From: a virus
Taxonomy: Duplodnaviria; Heunggongvirae; Uroviricota; Caudoviricetes
IMG/VR virus record: IMGVR_UViG_3300028048_000076
Strand: one strand, 5' to 3'
Length of the DNA: 64,000 nt
The notes beneath the pieces are model-generated. The model made no database searches, was not told where the DNA came from, and saw only the letters and a list, made by a program, of their open reading frames with translations. Position 1 is the stretch's first letter; every line of letters starts with the position of its first letter. Both the position numbers and the translations under genes were made by a program. Shown here piece by piece: positions 1-9,656 of the stretch.

Positions 1-21
1 AAAAATACTGAAATCCTCACA

Positions 22-441
22 ATGAGTTCATTGCAGAGCGCAAAAGCTGATAGTGAAAAACCAAGTATTGTTATTGATTATTATTGGACACCTGAAAGCT
101 GTCGTTGGGAAGATATTCCAACAACAATGATAATCAGACCTTATATAGACATTCCAACAACATTTGAAGTAGTAAATCCACAAATTGACGACCTCCCAAC
201 AACATTAACTGTTGCTAAGAGTGGCGAAGATGTAAGAGAATTTAAAGTAACAATTGATGTAGTACAAGACCATGTATTTGAAAACTTGCCAACGACTCTT
301 GAAGTAATTGGTTATCCATGCGATGAAAAAGGATTCAAGATTTACATTGGAATACCTCGTCAAGTCAAGGTAGAAGAATTGCCAATAGAAGTATTTGTAG
401 TTCGTCATCCTGACAAAGAAGCATATGTCTATGTAATGTAA
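22..441 (+). CDS. hypothetical protein with repeated (I/L)PTT motifs
   Basis: 139-aa ORF with ATG start. The tetrapeptide I/LPTT recurs four times at regular spacing. A hairpin terminator follows. Confidence 0.5.
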   Translation: MSSLQSAKADSEKPSIVIDYYWTPESCRWEDIPTTMIIRPYIDIPTTFEVVNPQIDDLPTTLTVAKSGEDVREFKVTIDVVQDHVFENLPTTLEVIGYPCDEKGFKIYIGIPRQVKVEELPIEVFVVRHPDKEAYVYVM

Positions 442-445
442 AAAA

Positions 446-478
446 AAGACTATGGATTAATTTCCATAGTCTTTTTTA
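446..478 (+). terminator. rho-independent terminator
   Basis: Inverted repeat agactatgga/tccatagtct followed by a T-run, immediately after the stop codon at 441. Confidence 0.7.
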
Positions 479-565
479 TCACCAAATTTGTACAATATCT
501 TGGCAAAATAATATGATAATAGTAAATAGAATTTATATTTTTTATATAAAAGGATGTGATGTGTT

Positions 566-946
566 TTGAAACGTAGGTTGATTAAAAAGACAGCAAAACC
601 TCGCCGTGGCAGAAAATCAATTATTTTGACAATGAAATATGTACTTGATGTACATGAAGATAATGACGAAGAAGCAAAAAGAATTGGCAAAATGTTCGTA
701 TCTTGGATGCGTGACCATTTTTCGGATTGGGACGATGCTATTCTTCAGAGATTTCTTTACGATAATAATATTCAACAGAATGCAGAGGATGACAGAATGG
801 AATTAGAGGGTCATTTGGATAAAATCATTAAAGATGACTGTATGCATTCAGAAGAACGTGAAATTGAAGAAATGAATTTGGAAGGTCACAACAAAGATAC
901 TTCTTCAAGCGAATCTACTACGGAAGCAATATACAAAGAAAATTAA
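566..946 (+). CDS. hypothetical acidic protein
   Basis: 126-aa ORF. The start is uncertain: TTG at 566 or an internal ATG at 632. A stem-loop (953..1008) follows. Confidence 0.4.
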   Translation: MKRRLIKKTAKPRRGRKSIILTMKYVLDVHEDNDEEAKRIGKMFVSWMRDHFSDWDDAILQRFLYDNNIQQNAEDDRMELEGHLDKIIKDDCMHSEEREIEEMNLEGHNKDTSSSESTTEAIYKEN

Positions 947-1009
947 AGATACAAAAATCACCAATTTCTATTATTTTTTTAGAAATAATTTAAAAGTTGG
1001 TGATTTTTT

Positions 1010-3262
1010 GTGAAAGAAAATGATGTACTCTCTTTAAGAGAACTATTTAATAAATTAAACCAACAGCAGACAGTATATGGCGAGAAAATGGAACGCTTGT
1101 ATGATATATTTGGAGGAATTAAACAGTTTCCATCCAATGTTTCGAATTCAAATGATTCACCAGGTCTATGGCCTGATACAGGTGTAAATGTTTATGCAAT
1201 TCTCCCTGAATATACTTTGGCTGTTAAATTCTGTACTACAGGTGTATTATTTAATATTGGTCAAGGTAGGAGTAAATATCAGTTTATGCTCGTTCAATCA
1301 GATGAATTGAACCCTCGTAAGAACGGCAAGCTTTATTATCGTTATGCAAAAGTCGGTGATAATGATTGGAGTAAATGGATTCGTTTCTTGTATCAATATG
1401 AATTGACAGGTGGTAAAGATAAAGACGGAAATCCAATCCTTGACGATTTTGGCTTACCAACTACTGATACAGAAGATATGAGTCCTGAAAACAATTCTCA
1501 TAATTTTGATGATTTAGGAAAAAAATGGTTATCTATTTTTGTAGATGCAGCAAAAGAAGCAAATAGGTTAGCAGATGCACGTAAGATTGAATTGACAGGT
1601 CTTGTACAAGGTTCAGCTATGTTTGATGGTTCAAAAGATATTCAAATTAATACAAGTGCAGGACAGTTCTATGTTCCTTTGAATGTAAATTTGACAGCAG
1701 GTTATCGTAGTAATGATGAATATCATTTATTGGCAACTTTGCCTGCAAGTTCAGGAACTACATATGATTATGTAATTGTAACAGGTCATATTGGCGGTTA
1801 TGAAAATACACAAGGTAAGTGTTGGTTTACAGCTTGCATATCTAACCGTTCAGGCGAAATGGCTAATGGTTTTTATGTTGGTTCTTTAGGAACAAATAAC
1901 CTTGTTGTTTACAAAACTTCTTTAAATGAATTAAAAGTTTATTTGTTATTGAGAGGTTGGAATGACGATTGTAAAATTTCTGTATATGGTAGTAATCAGG
2001 TAGAAATTAAACATGAAGTCCAATCTTTGACTGCTACAAACAAAGTGTGGAATTTGCAGGATTGTCCTCATGTTTTTGAAAATAATGTGTATGGTACATT
2101 CCGTGGCAATGCCGATACTGCTACAATGGCAGATAATGTAAAACAAATTCCGATGAATAATCGTGCAAGTTATTCAGGTGATTTGTATGCTGTTGGTGCA
2201 AAGAACGAATCAGGTAATCAAGTTCTTCTAACAGAAAAAAGCATAAAATTTAAATCAAATGGGTATATTGAAGCAAAAGGTTTCAGTGGTGCATTGAGTG
2301 GTACAGCAGATAAGAGTAAGGTTGCAGAAAATGCAAATAATGTAAAAGTTAAAATGAATGCAACTACAAAATGTTTCTTGCTTGGTGCATCTGCGGCAGT
2401 AGGTTCTAATTATAATGGTGTTGATACAATGCCATTCTACGATACAAATGTCTATTTAACAACAACATCAGGTGAATTATATAGTAGGTTATTTAAGAAC
2501 TACAAGATGGAATCTGATAATGCAGACATTAAAGATTTGCACGTTGTTAATAAATTCCAAATTGGTAAAAAAGCAGATGGTGTAACGGATGCTGAAATGT
2601 ATTGCTTATCTGACAAGCAATATTTCCAAACAATTCGTATGGGTAATGGTACAAACGTAAATGCGTCAGTATCAGCGAAGTTGTATATGGAAAAAGCTCA
2701 GTTGATTTTTGGTACATCAGATAAACCAAGAGTAATTTTCAACTCGCCAACAAATGCCGCAGGCGGTTATGTGGGCGTTTATCCTGATAGTAAATATCCA
2801 AGTCAGGGCTGTTTGGAAATTCAAGGCTGTTTAAGTCCTACTCGTGTATATCATGCAGTATATAATGATATAGCAGAGTTGTTCCCTTGTAAAATTGAAG
2901 CTGAAGTTGGTGATGTATTGATGCTTGACCCAAATTCAGATGAAGAATTATATATTAAAAGTTCGGAAGGTGCTAAGTGCGTAGCAGGTGTAATTTCCGA
3001 TACATATGGATGTTTGCTCGGTGGTGACAAAAATATGTCGCCTGAAGAACTAAATAAAAATTATAAACCTATCGGTCTTGCAGGTCGTGTAAAAGTTAAT
3101 GTCGTTGGCAAGATTGAAAAAGGCGATAAATTAGTGGCAACTGATAATGGTTGCGCAAGAGCATATAATTCTGAAAAAGATAGTTTAGATGACGTTATTG
3201 GTTATGCTATAATTGCAGATGATAAAACAGAGAAACGTCAATTAAAAATGAAAATTAAATAA
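1010..3262 (+). CDS. large virion-associated protein, possible tail fibre / receptor-binding protein
   Basis: 750-aa ORF with GTG start. Composition is rich in Gly, Asn and Thr, typical of phage fibre proteins. No catalytic motif recognised. A terminator follows. Confidence 0.45.
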   Translation: MKENDVLSLRELFNKLNQQQTVYGEKMERLYDIFGGIKQFPSNVSNSNDSPGLWPDTGVNVYAILPEYTLAVKFCTTGVLFNIGQGRSKYQFMLVQSDELNPRKNGKLYYRYAKVGDNDWSKWIRFLYQYELTGGKDKDGNPILDDFGLPTTDTEDMSPENNSHNFDDLGKKWLSIFVDAAKEANRLADARKIELTGLVQGSAMFDGSKDIQINTSAGQFYVPLNVNLTAGYRSNDEYHLLATLPASSGTTYDYVIVTGHIGGYENTQGKCWFTACISNRSGEMANGFYVGSLGTNNLVVYKTSLNELKVYLLLRGWNDDCKISVYGSNQVEIKHEVQSLTATNKVWNLQDCPHVFENNVYGTFRGNADTATMADNVKQIPMNNRASYSGDLYAVGAKNESGNQVLLTEKSIKFKSNGYIEAKGFSGALSGTADKSKVAENANNVKVKMNATTKCFLLGASAAVGSNYNGVDTMPFYDTNVYLTTTSGELYSRLFKNYKMESDNADIKDLHVVNKFQIGKKADGVTDAEMYCLSDKQYFQTIRMGNGTNVNASVSAKLYMEKAQLIFGTSDKPRVIFNSPTNAAGGYVGVYPDSKYPSQGCLEIQGCLSPTRVYHAVYNDIAELFPCKIEAEVGDVLMLDPNSDEELYIKSSEGAKCVAGVISDTYGCLLGGDKNMSPEELNKNYKPIGLAGRVKVNVVGKIEKGDKLVATDNGCARAYNSEKDSLDDVIGYAIIADDKTEKRQLKMKIK

Positions 3263-3266
3263 TACG

Positions 3267-3296
3267 AAAGCACTGCAAATGCAGTGCTTTTTGTTT
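3267..3296 (+). terminator. rho-independent terminator
   Basis: Inverted repeat aagcactgca/tgcagtgctt followed by a T-run. Confidence 0.7.
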
Positions 3297-3412
3297 CTGA
3301 AAATAATCTGAATAACAATTTCTTACTCCCCCAATAGTAGAATTAGTATGTTGGACAACGGTATTATTTTTGGTTGCGGTTTTTCTATTCAATTTATAGA
3401 GGTGATGATAAT

Positions 3413-4099
3413 ATGTCAGATATTTCAAAAATTACTTCGGTTGCTAAACGATATGAATCCTCAGGAGATTGTTCAACAGTTTCTGATGCTTGTGGCGGTG
3501 GAGACTTGGGTGGCATTTCTTATGGTTCTTATCAATTGGCTAGTAATGCAGGTTCAGTGGATGGTTTTCTTGATTTTGCAAGAAATTATCAGAATGATGC
3601 TTTGGCTAACTATGCTAGAGTTTTGTCACAGTATACAGTAAATTCAGATGAATTTATTGATACTTGGAGACAAATTGGTTATGCTGACCCTGAAGGTTTT
3701 AGTGAATTGCAAGATGCTTATGCAATGGAAAGGTATTACAATCCTGCCTGCAATTATCTTGCAAATAATTATTATGACGTAGAATCAAAAAGTTTGGCAA
3801 TTAAGGCTTGTGTATTTAGCCGAGCTATTCAATATGGTTCAGGTAATATTGTTGAATTATTCACAGAAGCATGTAAAAAGATGGGCTATCCTAATTTATC
3901 ATATGTGAATGATTCCGACTATGATTATGATTTAATCTGTGCTATCTATGATTTCTTAATTGAGGAATGTGATGAAGCAGAATATAATGGTAGTTATTAT
4001 CATAGTCCAAAAGATTGGTGTAATGGTAGCGAGGGAGTAATCTACGGATTGCGAAATCGTTTTGTCCATGAAAAACAAGATTTGTTAGAAATGCTTTAA
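3413..4099 (+). CDS. hypothetical protein
   Basis: ATG at 3413 is preferred over the upstream ORF-track start because of the GAGGTG ribosome-binding site at the correct spacing. 228 aa. No confident family assignment. Confidence 0.5.
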   Translation: MSDISKITSVAKRYESSGDCSTVSDACGGGDLGGISYGSYQLASNAGSVDGFLDFARNYQNDALANYARVLSQYTVNSDEFIDTWRQIGYADPEGFSELQDAYAMERYYNPACNYLANNYYDVESKSLAIKACVFSRAIQYGSGNIVELFTEACKKMGYPNLSYVNDSDYDYDLICAIYDFLIEECDEAEYNGSYYHSPKDWCNGSEGVIYGLRNRFVHEKQDLLEML

Positions 4100-4104
4100 T
4101 AGAA

Positions 4105-4152
4105 AAGGCATTGCTGATGACTGTTTTAAGCCATACAGCAATGCCTTTTGTG
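4105..4152 (+). terminator. rho-independent terminator
   Basis: Inverted repeat aaggcattgctg/cagcaatgcctt followed by a T-run. Confidence 0.7.
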
Positions 4153-4272
4153 CATAATTTGACAAGGTAAAAATCTTGTGTTATCGTAAGATAAGACCAC
4201 CACTTCTAAACCAAGAGGTTAGCCGTTAGGCTAATCTGAATGGCGAAAATGGTGGATAACCAACGCCAATTC

Positions 4273-4301
4273 TTGACATTTTTCACAAATAGTGATACAA
4301 T
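4273..4301 (+). promoter_or_regulatory. sigma70-like promoter for tnpB
   Basis: TTGACA (4273..4278), 17-nt spacer, TACAAT (4296..4301). A strong AGGAGGTG ribosome-binding site lies before ATG 4325. Confidence 0.6.
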
Positions 4302-4324
4302 TAAATCAAAGGAGGTGAAACAAA

Positions 4325-5437
4325 ATGCTGAAAGCATACAAATTTAGATTATATCCTAATGAAGAACAGAAACAATTTTTTGACCAAAATATTGGAAATT
4401 GTAGATTTGTTTATAATCATTGTTTAGGTCTTAGAAAAGACCTTTGGAAAAATGAACAAAAAACTCTTTCTATGAAAGAATTGTCAAAACACATCACTGA
4501 TTTGAAGAAATATCAAGAATACGAATGGCTGAAAAAGAGCGATTCCATCGCTTTACAACAGTCACTCCGTGACCTCGATTCATCTTTTCAACGCTATTTC
4601 AAGAAAAAAGCTAAATATCCAAGATTTCATAATAAGCATAAGAAAAATTCTTACAGAACACTAAACCAGAATAATAAAATACGTTTTGAAAATGGCAAGC
4701 TACGCTTGCCTAAACTCAAAACTCTTGTAAAAGTTAGACAAAGCAAATTTTTCAATGGAATAATCAAAAATGCTACGGTGTCAAGGACACCATCAAATAA
4801 GTATTTTGTTTCACTTCTTGTGGAAGAACAAGATGTTTTTAGAACATCACAAACCAACGAAGTTGGCATTGATTTGGGTATTAAAGATTTTGCCATTACA
4901 TCAAATGGTATCAAATATCATTTGAACACTAAGCATATTAAAAAACTTGAAAAGAAGTTAAAAAGACTTCAAAAACAATTTTCAAGAACAATGCCTAAAT
5001 CTCAAAACCACGAAAAACGAAGAATTAAATTAGCTATTCAATATGAAAAAATTACCAATTTTAAAAATGATTTCTTTCATAAACTTTCAAGAAAGATAGT
5101 AGACGAAAACCAAGTCATAGCTATTGAAAGTTTAAAAATCAAAAATATGGTAAAAAATCATAAATTGGCTAAATCTATTCAAGATTGTTCGTGGAACAAA
5201 TTCATAACTATGCTTGAATACAAAGCAAAATGGCAATGTAATTGCCAAGTAGTGAGGGTGGACACCTTCTTTGCTAGTTCTCAAATTTGCAGTTCTTGTG
5301 GATATAAGAGTCCAAAAGTAAAAGACTTGTCAATCAGAGAATGGGAATGTCCGAAATGTCATGCTACGCATGACCGTGACATAAATGCAAGCATAAATAT
5401 CTTAAAAGAAGGTAAAAGGCTACTTTCAGTAGCCTAA
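4325..5437 (+). CDS. tnpB: TnpB (OrfB_IS605) RNA-guided endonuclease
   Basis: 370 aa. RuvC-like motifs are present: IDLGI, AIESL and [12 protein letters not shown]-terminal CxxC...CxxC zinc ribbon is present. Confidence 0.9.
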   Translation: MLKAYKFRLYPNEEQKQFFDQNIGNCRFVYNHCLGLRKDLWKNEQKTLSMKELSKHITDLKKYQEYEWLKKSDSIALQQSLRDLDSSFQRYFKKKAKYPRFHNKHKKNSYRTLNQNNKIRFENGKLRLPKLKTLVKVRQSKFFNGIIKNATVSRTPSNKYFVSLLVEEQDVFRTSQTNEVGIDLGIKDFAITSNGIKYHLNTKHIKKLEKKLKRLQKQFSRTMPKSQNHEKRRIKLAIQYEKITNFKNDFFHKLSRKIVDENQVIAIESLKIKNMVKNHKLAKSIQDCSWNKFITMLEYKAKWQCNCQVVRVDTFFASSQICSSCGYKSPKVKDLSIREWECPKCHATHDRDINASINILKEGKRLLSVA

Positions 5438-5605
5438 ACCATATAAAAAACTGTACCGCAGGGCTTGCGGAATCAGTATAAAACTAAGCCTATGGAGATT
5501 GTGTAAGACGTAAAAAAAGCATGGAGTAGCCATGCTCTATGTGATGAAATCACATACGTTACGGTCTAAGAAATAGGAATCCCCCACCTGTAGAGGTGGG
5601 GGAGG
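5400..5605 (+). ncRNA. putative TnpB omega-RNA (reRNA) scaffold
   Basis: The structured region overlaps the 3' end of tnpB and extends downstream. It contains hairpins such as cccccacctgtagaggtggggg. Boundaries are inferred from the known TnpB/omega-RNA architecture. Confidence 0.4.
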
Positions 5606-5706
5606 ATGTCAAAATACATATAGATTATGACGAAGGAAGTGATGTTTATGCTTGTAGTCAGGTGTCTGACGAAAAGCCGTGTTTTACTAGATTAAGGAGG
5701 ACGAGA

Positions 5707-6243
5707 ATGACAAGAAGATTAAATAAAAAAGCAAAAGCGTTGATGTTGGGTTTAGGTATGACGATGGCTGTAGGTGCAGCAAATCATGTATTTGCTCAAC
5801 AAGAAGTTCAAATGCAAGATGGACAGAGAAATGAAATTCAAAATGTAAGCGAAATTCGTAAAATTCCTGACGAAATTTCCCGTTTTGATAAGGAACAACA
5901 AGCCGAAATTGAAAGACAAATCAAAGAACAAAAGGCAAGAGAAGAAGAAGAAAAACGCCAAAAAACAAAATATATGAATGTAGAAATTACTTTCTATACA
6001 GCCGCTGCTGATGAAGGTAGCGGAACAGGTATCACTGCAAGTGGCACATATGCTACAGCAGGTCGTACAGTGGCTATGAACGGTGTCCCTTTTGGAACAA
6101 GGGTTATCATAGATGGAGAAGAGTATATTGTCGAAGACCGAGGTGCGATGGGCTACGGAGTAATTGATGTATTTGTAAACTCCAAATCAGAAGCTTATGC
6201 TCGTGGTAGACAATATAAAACTGTACAAGTAATTTTACCATAA
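5707..6243 (+). CDS. 3D-domain protein (YuiC/MltA-like cell-wall lytic domain) with signal peptide
   Basis: AGGAGG ribosome-binding site before ATG 5707. N-terminal signal peptide MTRRLNKKAKALMLGLGMTMAVGAANHVFA. The C-terminal region has conserved Asp residues typical of the 3D domain. The ORF-track extension upstream to 5596 overlaps the IS end. Confidence 0.7.
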   Translation: MTRRLNKKAKALMLGLGMTMAVGAANHVFAQQEVQMQDGQRNEIQNVSEIRKIPDEISRFDKEQQAEIERQIKEQKAREEEEKRQKTKYMNVEITFYTAAADEGSGTGITASGTYATAGRTVAMNGVPFGTRVIIDGEEYIVEDRGAMGYGVIDVFVNSKSEAYARGRQYKTVQVILP

Positions 6244-6246
6244 CAG

Positions 6247-6278
6247 AAAAAGAGAGGAAATTCCTCTCTTTTTTTCTA
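6247..6278 (+). terminator. rho-independent terminator
   Basis: Inverted repeat aaagagaggaa/ttcctctcttt followed by a T-run. Confidence 0.7.
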
Positions 6279-6291
6279 TAATATATAAGAG

Positions 6292-7083
6292 GTGATGAAA
6301 ATGAAAAACATTGAAAATGGTTTTCAGAATATTGTAAACGAATTAAATAATTGTAAAAACAATCAGGAAAAATTTAAATTAATGGAAGAAACGGAAAAAA
6401 AAGCATATAAATTGATTGATTCTATATCACATAATCGTATATATTCATCACGAGAAGAATTGACTAATTTTTTCAAAAAATATCCTAAATATAATGCGGA
6501 AATTTATGTGTGGCAAGAAAGTTCTGATAGATATGTTGTTTCTGCATTTGGTGTGAAATTATTTACTATGGAAATATTGAGTCGAAAAGTAAAAAGCTGT
6601 GACCTTGATGGCTATAAAACTAAAATTAGAGAAACAAAAACTGAATTACAAAAAGATATTGATATTAATAAAAAATATATTGACAAATATAAAAAGATGA
6701 TAAAAATGAATTATTTTCAAAGTGTTTGTCATGATTTGACTGCATTTGAATTTTTATCTCCGTCTACTTATAGAAAAGCAAAAGACGTTTTGTGTGATAG
6801 ACTTCAAGGATTGGTAGAATTAAATTTCTCAAAAGAAATGAAATTGCAAACCATTGAAACAAGTTCATGTCGTTTACTTGAAGCAATAATGGTTATTCAA
6901 AAATATTTTAAAGAATGTTTCGAAGAGGAAGATTTTCGATATATTGAGGATGGACATTCGGAGTTTTTTACTGTGATTGAATCAATAAATATGCTAAATA
7001 AACAAAAAATTGAAAATAGAGAATTACCTGAATTTCATTTTGATGAAAGTTGGGTATCAAAGCCAACGATAAAGATTGACTAA
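6292..7083 (+). CDS. hypothetical protein
   Basis: 263-aa ORF with a ribosome-binding site. No recognisable domain. Confidence 0.5.
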   Translation: MMKMKNIENGFQNIVNELNNCKNNQEKFKLMEETEKKAYKLIDSISHNRIYSSREELTNFFKKYPKYNAEIYVWQESSDRYVVSAFGVKLFTMEILSRKVKSCDLDGYKTKIRETKTELQKDIDINKKYIDKYKKMIKMNYFQSVCHDLTAFEFLSPSTYRKAKDVLCDRLQGLVELNFSKEMKLQTIETSSCRLLEAIMVIQKYFKECFEEEDFRYIEDGHSEFFTVIESINMLNKQKIENRELPEFHFDESWVSKPTIKID

Positions 7084-7118
7084 AGAAAGAGTGGTAGAAA
7101 AATCTACCACTCTTTCTT
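7084..7118. terminator. bidirectional terminator between convergent genes
   Basis: Inverted repeat aagaaagagtggtag/ctaccactctttctt with A/T runs on both sides. Confidence 0.65.
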
Positions 7119-7389
7119 AATGTTCTACAAAAATAATTTTACCTTGTGCTACACCAAGATTGGATTTTTCCTGCATGATGTAAGTCTCAGGTGCTTCATT
7201 GGTACGGCGAGGACGATAAGTGTACCAAAGATTATCATCCTTGTCCCATTCTGCTTCAATGAATGTCATCCCTTGAGGAAGGTCAATGGTTTCAGTGCCA
7301 CCAACGTTACGTGTTATGGTGTTATCTGTACAACCGATAACCGACAATGAAATTGCAACTAAAAGAATTCCCAATACAAATCGTTTCAT
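7117..7389 (-). CDS. small lipoprotein
   Basis: 90 aa. Signal peptide followed by a lipobox-like LSVIGC. Confidence 0.6.
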   Translation of the reverse strand: MKRFVLGILLVAISLSVIGCTDNTITRNVGGTETIDLPQGMTFIEAEWDKDDNLWYTYRPRRTNEAPETYIMQEKSNLGVAQGKIIFVEH

Positions 7390-7457
7390 AAAAATCCTCC
7401 TTTAATTCAAAATGATTATATCATATTTGTTTTATGAAGTCAAGTTCAAAATGATTG

Positions 7458-7486
7458 TTGACAAAATCTGAGCAAAATCGTATAAT
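7458..7486 (+). promoter_or_regulatory. sigma70 consensus promoter of the dnaE N-fragment
   Basis: TTGACA (7458..7463), 17-nt spacer, TATAAT (7481..7486). An AGGAGA ribosome-binding site lies before ATG 7520. Confidence 0.7.
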
Positions 7487-7519
7487 AAAATCAAGAAATC
7501 AGGAGAAAGAAGGTAAAAA

Positions 7520-9643
7520 ATGTCAGACGGATTTGTAAATCTTCATGTTCATACAGATAGAAGTTTGCTTGATGGAATGATTAAAACCGATGATTTGGTT
7601 TCAACTACATTGGAATATGGACAAATTGCATCAGTAATTACAGACCACGGAAATATGTATAGTACAGTTGACCATTTTAAAGAAGCAAAGAAAAAAGGGC
7701 AACATGCAATTGCAGGCGTTGAACTTTATATGGTTAATAATATGACCGTTAAAGGCGGTTCTGAAGGTGAGTCTGAAAATGGTAGCCAACGGAATCACTT
7801 TTTGCTACTTGCGAAAAATAAGGCAGGTTATCAAAAGATGTGCCGTATTGTGTCTAAAGGCTATACAGATGGTTATTATTATCGTCCTCGTGTAGATAAT
7901 AATGTATTTGAAGAGTTTCTTGATAAAAATGAAAACGATTTAATTGCTTCCTCTGCTTGTTTCCTTGCAGGAACAAAAGTTATTCTCGCAGATGGTACAT
8001 TGAAAAACATTGAAGAATGTGTGAAGGGTGATAAGGTAATCACACATTTGGGTACAGTAGAAACTGTAAAAGCCCCTACTAAACGTTATTTTAAAGGGCA
8101 GATTTTTAAATTAAAGATTAAAGACAAGCCTGATATTCGTTGTACATCAGACCACAAATTCTTTATTCAGAGATTTAAGAATTCTGTACGTTCTGAAAAT
8201 GGCAAAGTAGAAATGAAATGTGTATGGGCAGAAGCAAAAACCTTAAAACGTAAGGATTATTTGCTTGAACCTGTAGCAAATAAGGAAGATTCTGACATTG
8301 AGTGGGAAGGTGTTTATTATAAGAGACATACATTCCTTCATTATGAACGTAAGTATTACAAAGAAATTCCTGTACATTGCCTTGCTGTAGAGAATACGCA
8401 TTCTTTCCTTGTAGAGGGTGGTATTTCTGCACACAATTGTCTTGCAGGTAAAATCCCACAACATATTCTTCGTGGTGAAATTGCCGAAGCAGAAAAGGTT
8501 GCAAAATATTATCAGCAACTTTTTGGTGGTAATTTTTGGCTTGAAATTCAGCCAATGGAGGGATATGAACAGTACATTGTAAATAAAGAACTTATCGCAA
8601 TGTCTAAACGTTTGAGCATTCCTCTTATTGCTACTACAGATGCTCATTATCTGAAAAAAGAAGATAAAAAGACACATGATATTTTGTTATGTTTGCAGAG
8701 TGGTAGCTTAATTACAGACCCAAATCGTTGGAGCTTTCCAGGTAATTCTTATTATATTATGAAGAAAAATGAAATTCTTGATTTCTTCACTAAAGGTTTT
8801 GATTATAAATTAATCAAAAAAGAAAATAAGAAGAAAAAAGCAGTGGAACAATTTAAATATGAATACGTTCATAATTATGATGGAGCAAAATTTGCTGACC
8901 CTGAACGTGTTATTGATGGATTCGTTTCTGTTGAAGACCAAGGACATTTTTCATATGCAGATTTAGACCAAAATGCTATTGCAGAAGCTGTTGCAGAAAC
9001 AGAACGAGTAGCAGAAATGTGTAATTTTGAGATTGAACTTGGTAAACATTATTTGCCTAAAATCAATATTCCTGTTGACAATCCTGAATATCAGAAGTGG
9101 ATTGATAACAAAAAGAAAAGGAATTTGCCGTTAGGGAAGGATAATGAGAATTATCTTAAATTCTTGTGTCAAACAGGTCTTCAGAAACTTGGGCTGAAAC
9201 CTACAAAAGAAATCCGTGAACGATTGGACTATGAATTAAATATCATTAATAATATGGGATTTCCTGATTACTTCCTAATTTATTATGATATTGCAAATTT
9301 CTGTCATGAAAAAAATATTCCATTCGGACCAGGTCGCGGTTGTTTTGTAAAAGATTCTATGGTTACTACTGAGAATTCTACAACACCTATTCAAAATATT
9401 CAGTTGGGCGATAATGTATATTGTCATGACGAAAATTTACATCCTGTTCTTGCCAAACATGAATATGATATAGATGAAGATATTACCGATATTCAATGCG
9501 GTGATAAAAAAATTGATGGTGTTACACTTGACCATAAGATTTTTGCGATTAAGCAAAAAGATTATGAAAATGGTAGTCGGCAACCCCAATGGTATTCTGC
9601 TAAAGAATTAACAGTGGGAGATTATATAGTTGAATTAAATTAA
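7520..9643 (+). CDS. dnaE: DNA polymerase III alpha (DnaE) N-terminal fragment with mini-intein, ending in the split-intein N-half
   Basis: The PHP-domain N-terminus MSDGFVNLHVHTDRSLLDG matches the DnaE HxH motif. The extein ends at GPGRG and is followed by C-FVKDSMVTT (intein block A). The ORF stops after 100 intein residues. Confidence 0.9.
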   Translation: MSDGFVNLHVHTDRSLLDGMIKTDDLVSTTLEYGQIASVITDHGNMYSTVDHFKEAKKKGQHAIAGVELYMVNNMTVKGGSEGESENGSQRNHFLLLAKNKAGYQKMCRIVSKGYTDGYYYRPRVDNNVFEEFLDKNENDLIASSACFLAGTKVILADGTLKNIEECVKGDKVITHLGTVETVKAPTKRYFKGQIFKLKIKDKPDIRCTSDHKFFIQRFKNSVRSENGKVEMKCVWAEAKTLKRKDYLLEPVANKEDSDIEWEGVYYKRHTFLHYERKYYKEIPVHCLAVENTHSFLVEGGISAHNCLAGKIPQHILRGEIAEAEKVAKYYQQLFGGNFWLEIQPMEGYEQYIVNKELIAMSKRLSIPLIATTDAHYLKKEDKKTHDILLCLQSGSLITDPNRWSFPGNSYYIMKKNEILDFFTKGFDYKLIKKENKKKKAVEQFKYEYVHNYDGAKFADPERVIDGFVSVEDQGHFSYADLDQNAIAEAVAETERVAEMCNFEIELGKHYLPKINIPVDNPEYQKWIDNKKKRNLPLGKDNENYLKFLCQTGLQKLGLKPTKEIRERLDYELNIINNMGFPDYFLIYYDIANFCHEKNIPFGPGRGCFVKDSMVTTENSTTPIQNIQLGDNVYCHDENLHPVLAKHEYDIDEDITDIQCGDKKIDGVTLDHKIFAIKQKDYENGSRQPQWYSAKELTVGDYIVELN
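7958..8437 (+). other. mini-intein (160 aa, no endonuclease domain) in the DnaE PHP region
   Basis: Begins Cys-FLAGTKVILADGT (block A). Ends HSFLVEGGISAHN and is followed by a +1 Cys. It is in frame within the dnaE N-fragment. Confidence 0.8.
9341..9640 (+). other. split-intein N-fragment (IntN, 100 aa) fused to the DnaE N-extein
   Basis: The extein motif GPGRG is followed by CFVKDSMVTTENSTTPIQNIQLGDNVY... and a stop codon. Its size is comparable to known DnaE IntN halves. Confidence 0.8.
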
Positions 9644-9656
9644 AGGAGGATTTTTA

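Larger units (their letters stand above)
4153..5605 (+). mobile_element. IS200/IS605-family (IS1341-like) element carrying tnpB only, with no tnpA
   Basis: A structured, GC-richer segment upstream of tnpB contains a promoter, and a structured segment with hairpins lies downstream. The boundaries are approximate. Confidence 0.55.

Noticed and set aside
3348-3641. Alternative-frame ORF 3348..3641 overlapping 3413..4099
   Set aside because: Low-complexity hydrophobic translation without a ribosome-binding site. The overlapping frame has a ribosome-binding site and extends to a terminator.
4153-4324. GC-rich structured segment upstream of tnpB considered as a tRNA or riboswitch
   Set aside because: No tRNA cloverleaf hallmarks (no GTTC/T-loop, no anticodon-arm geometry). 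Its position and the internal promoter fit the left end of an IS200/IS605 element.
5596-5706. Long form of the 3D-domain ORF starting at 5596
   Set aside because: It overlaps the TnpB element 3' structured region. The AGGAGG ribosome-binding site and signal peptide begin at ATG 5707.
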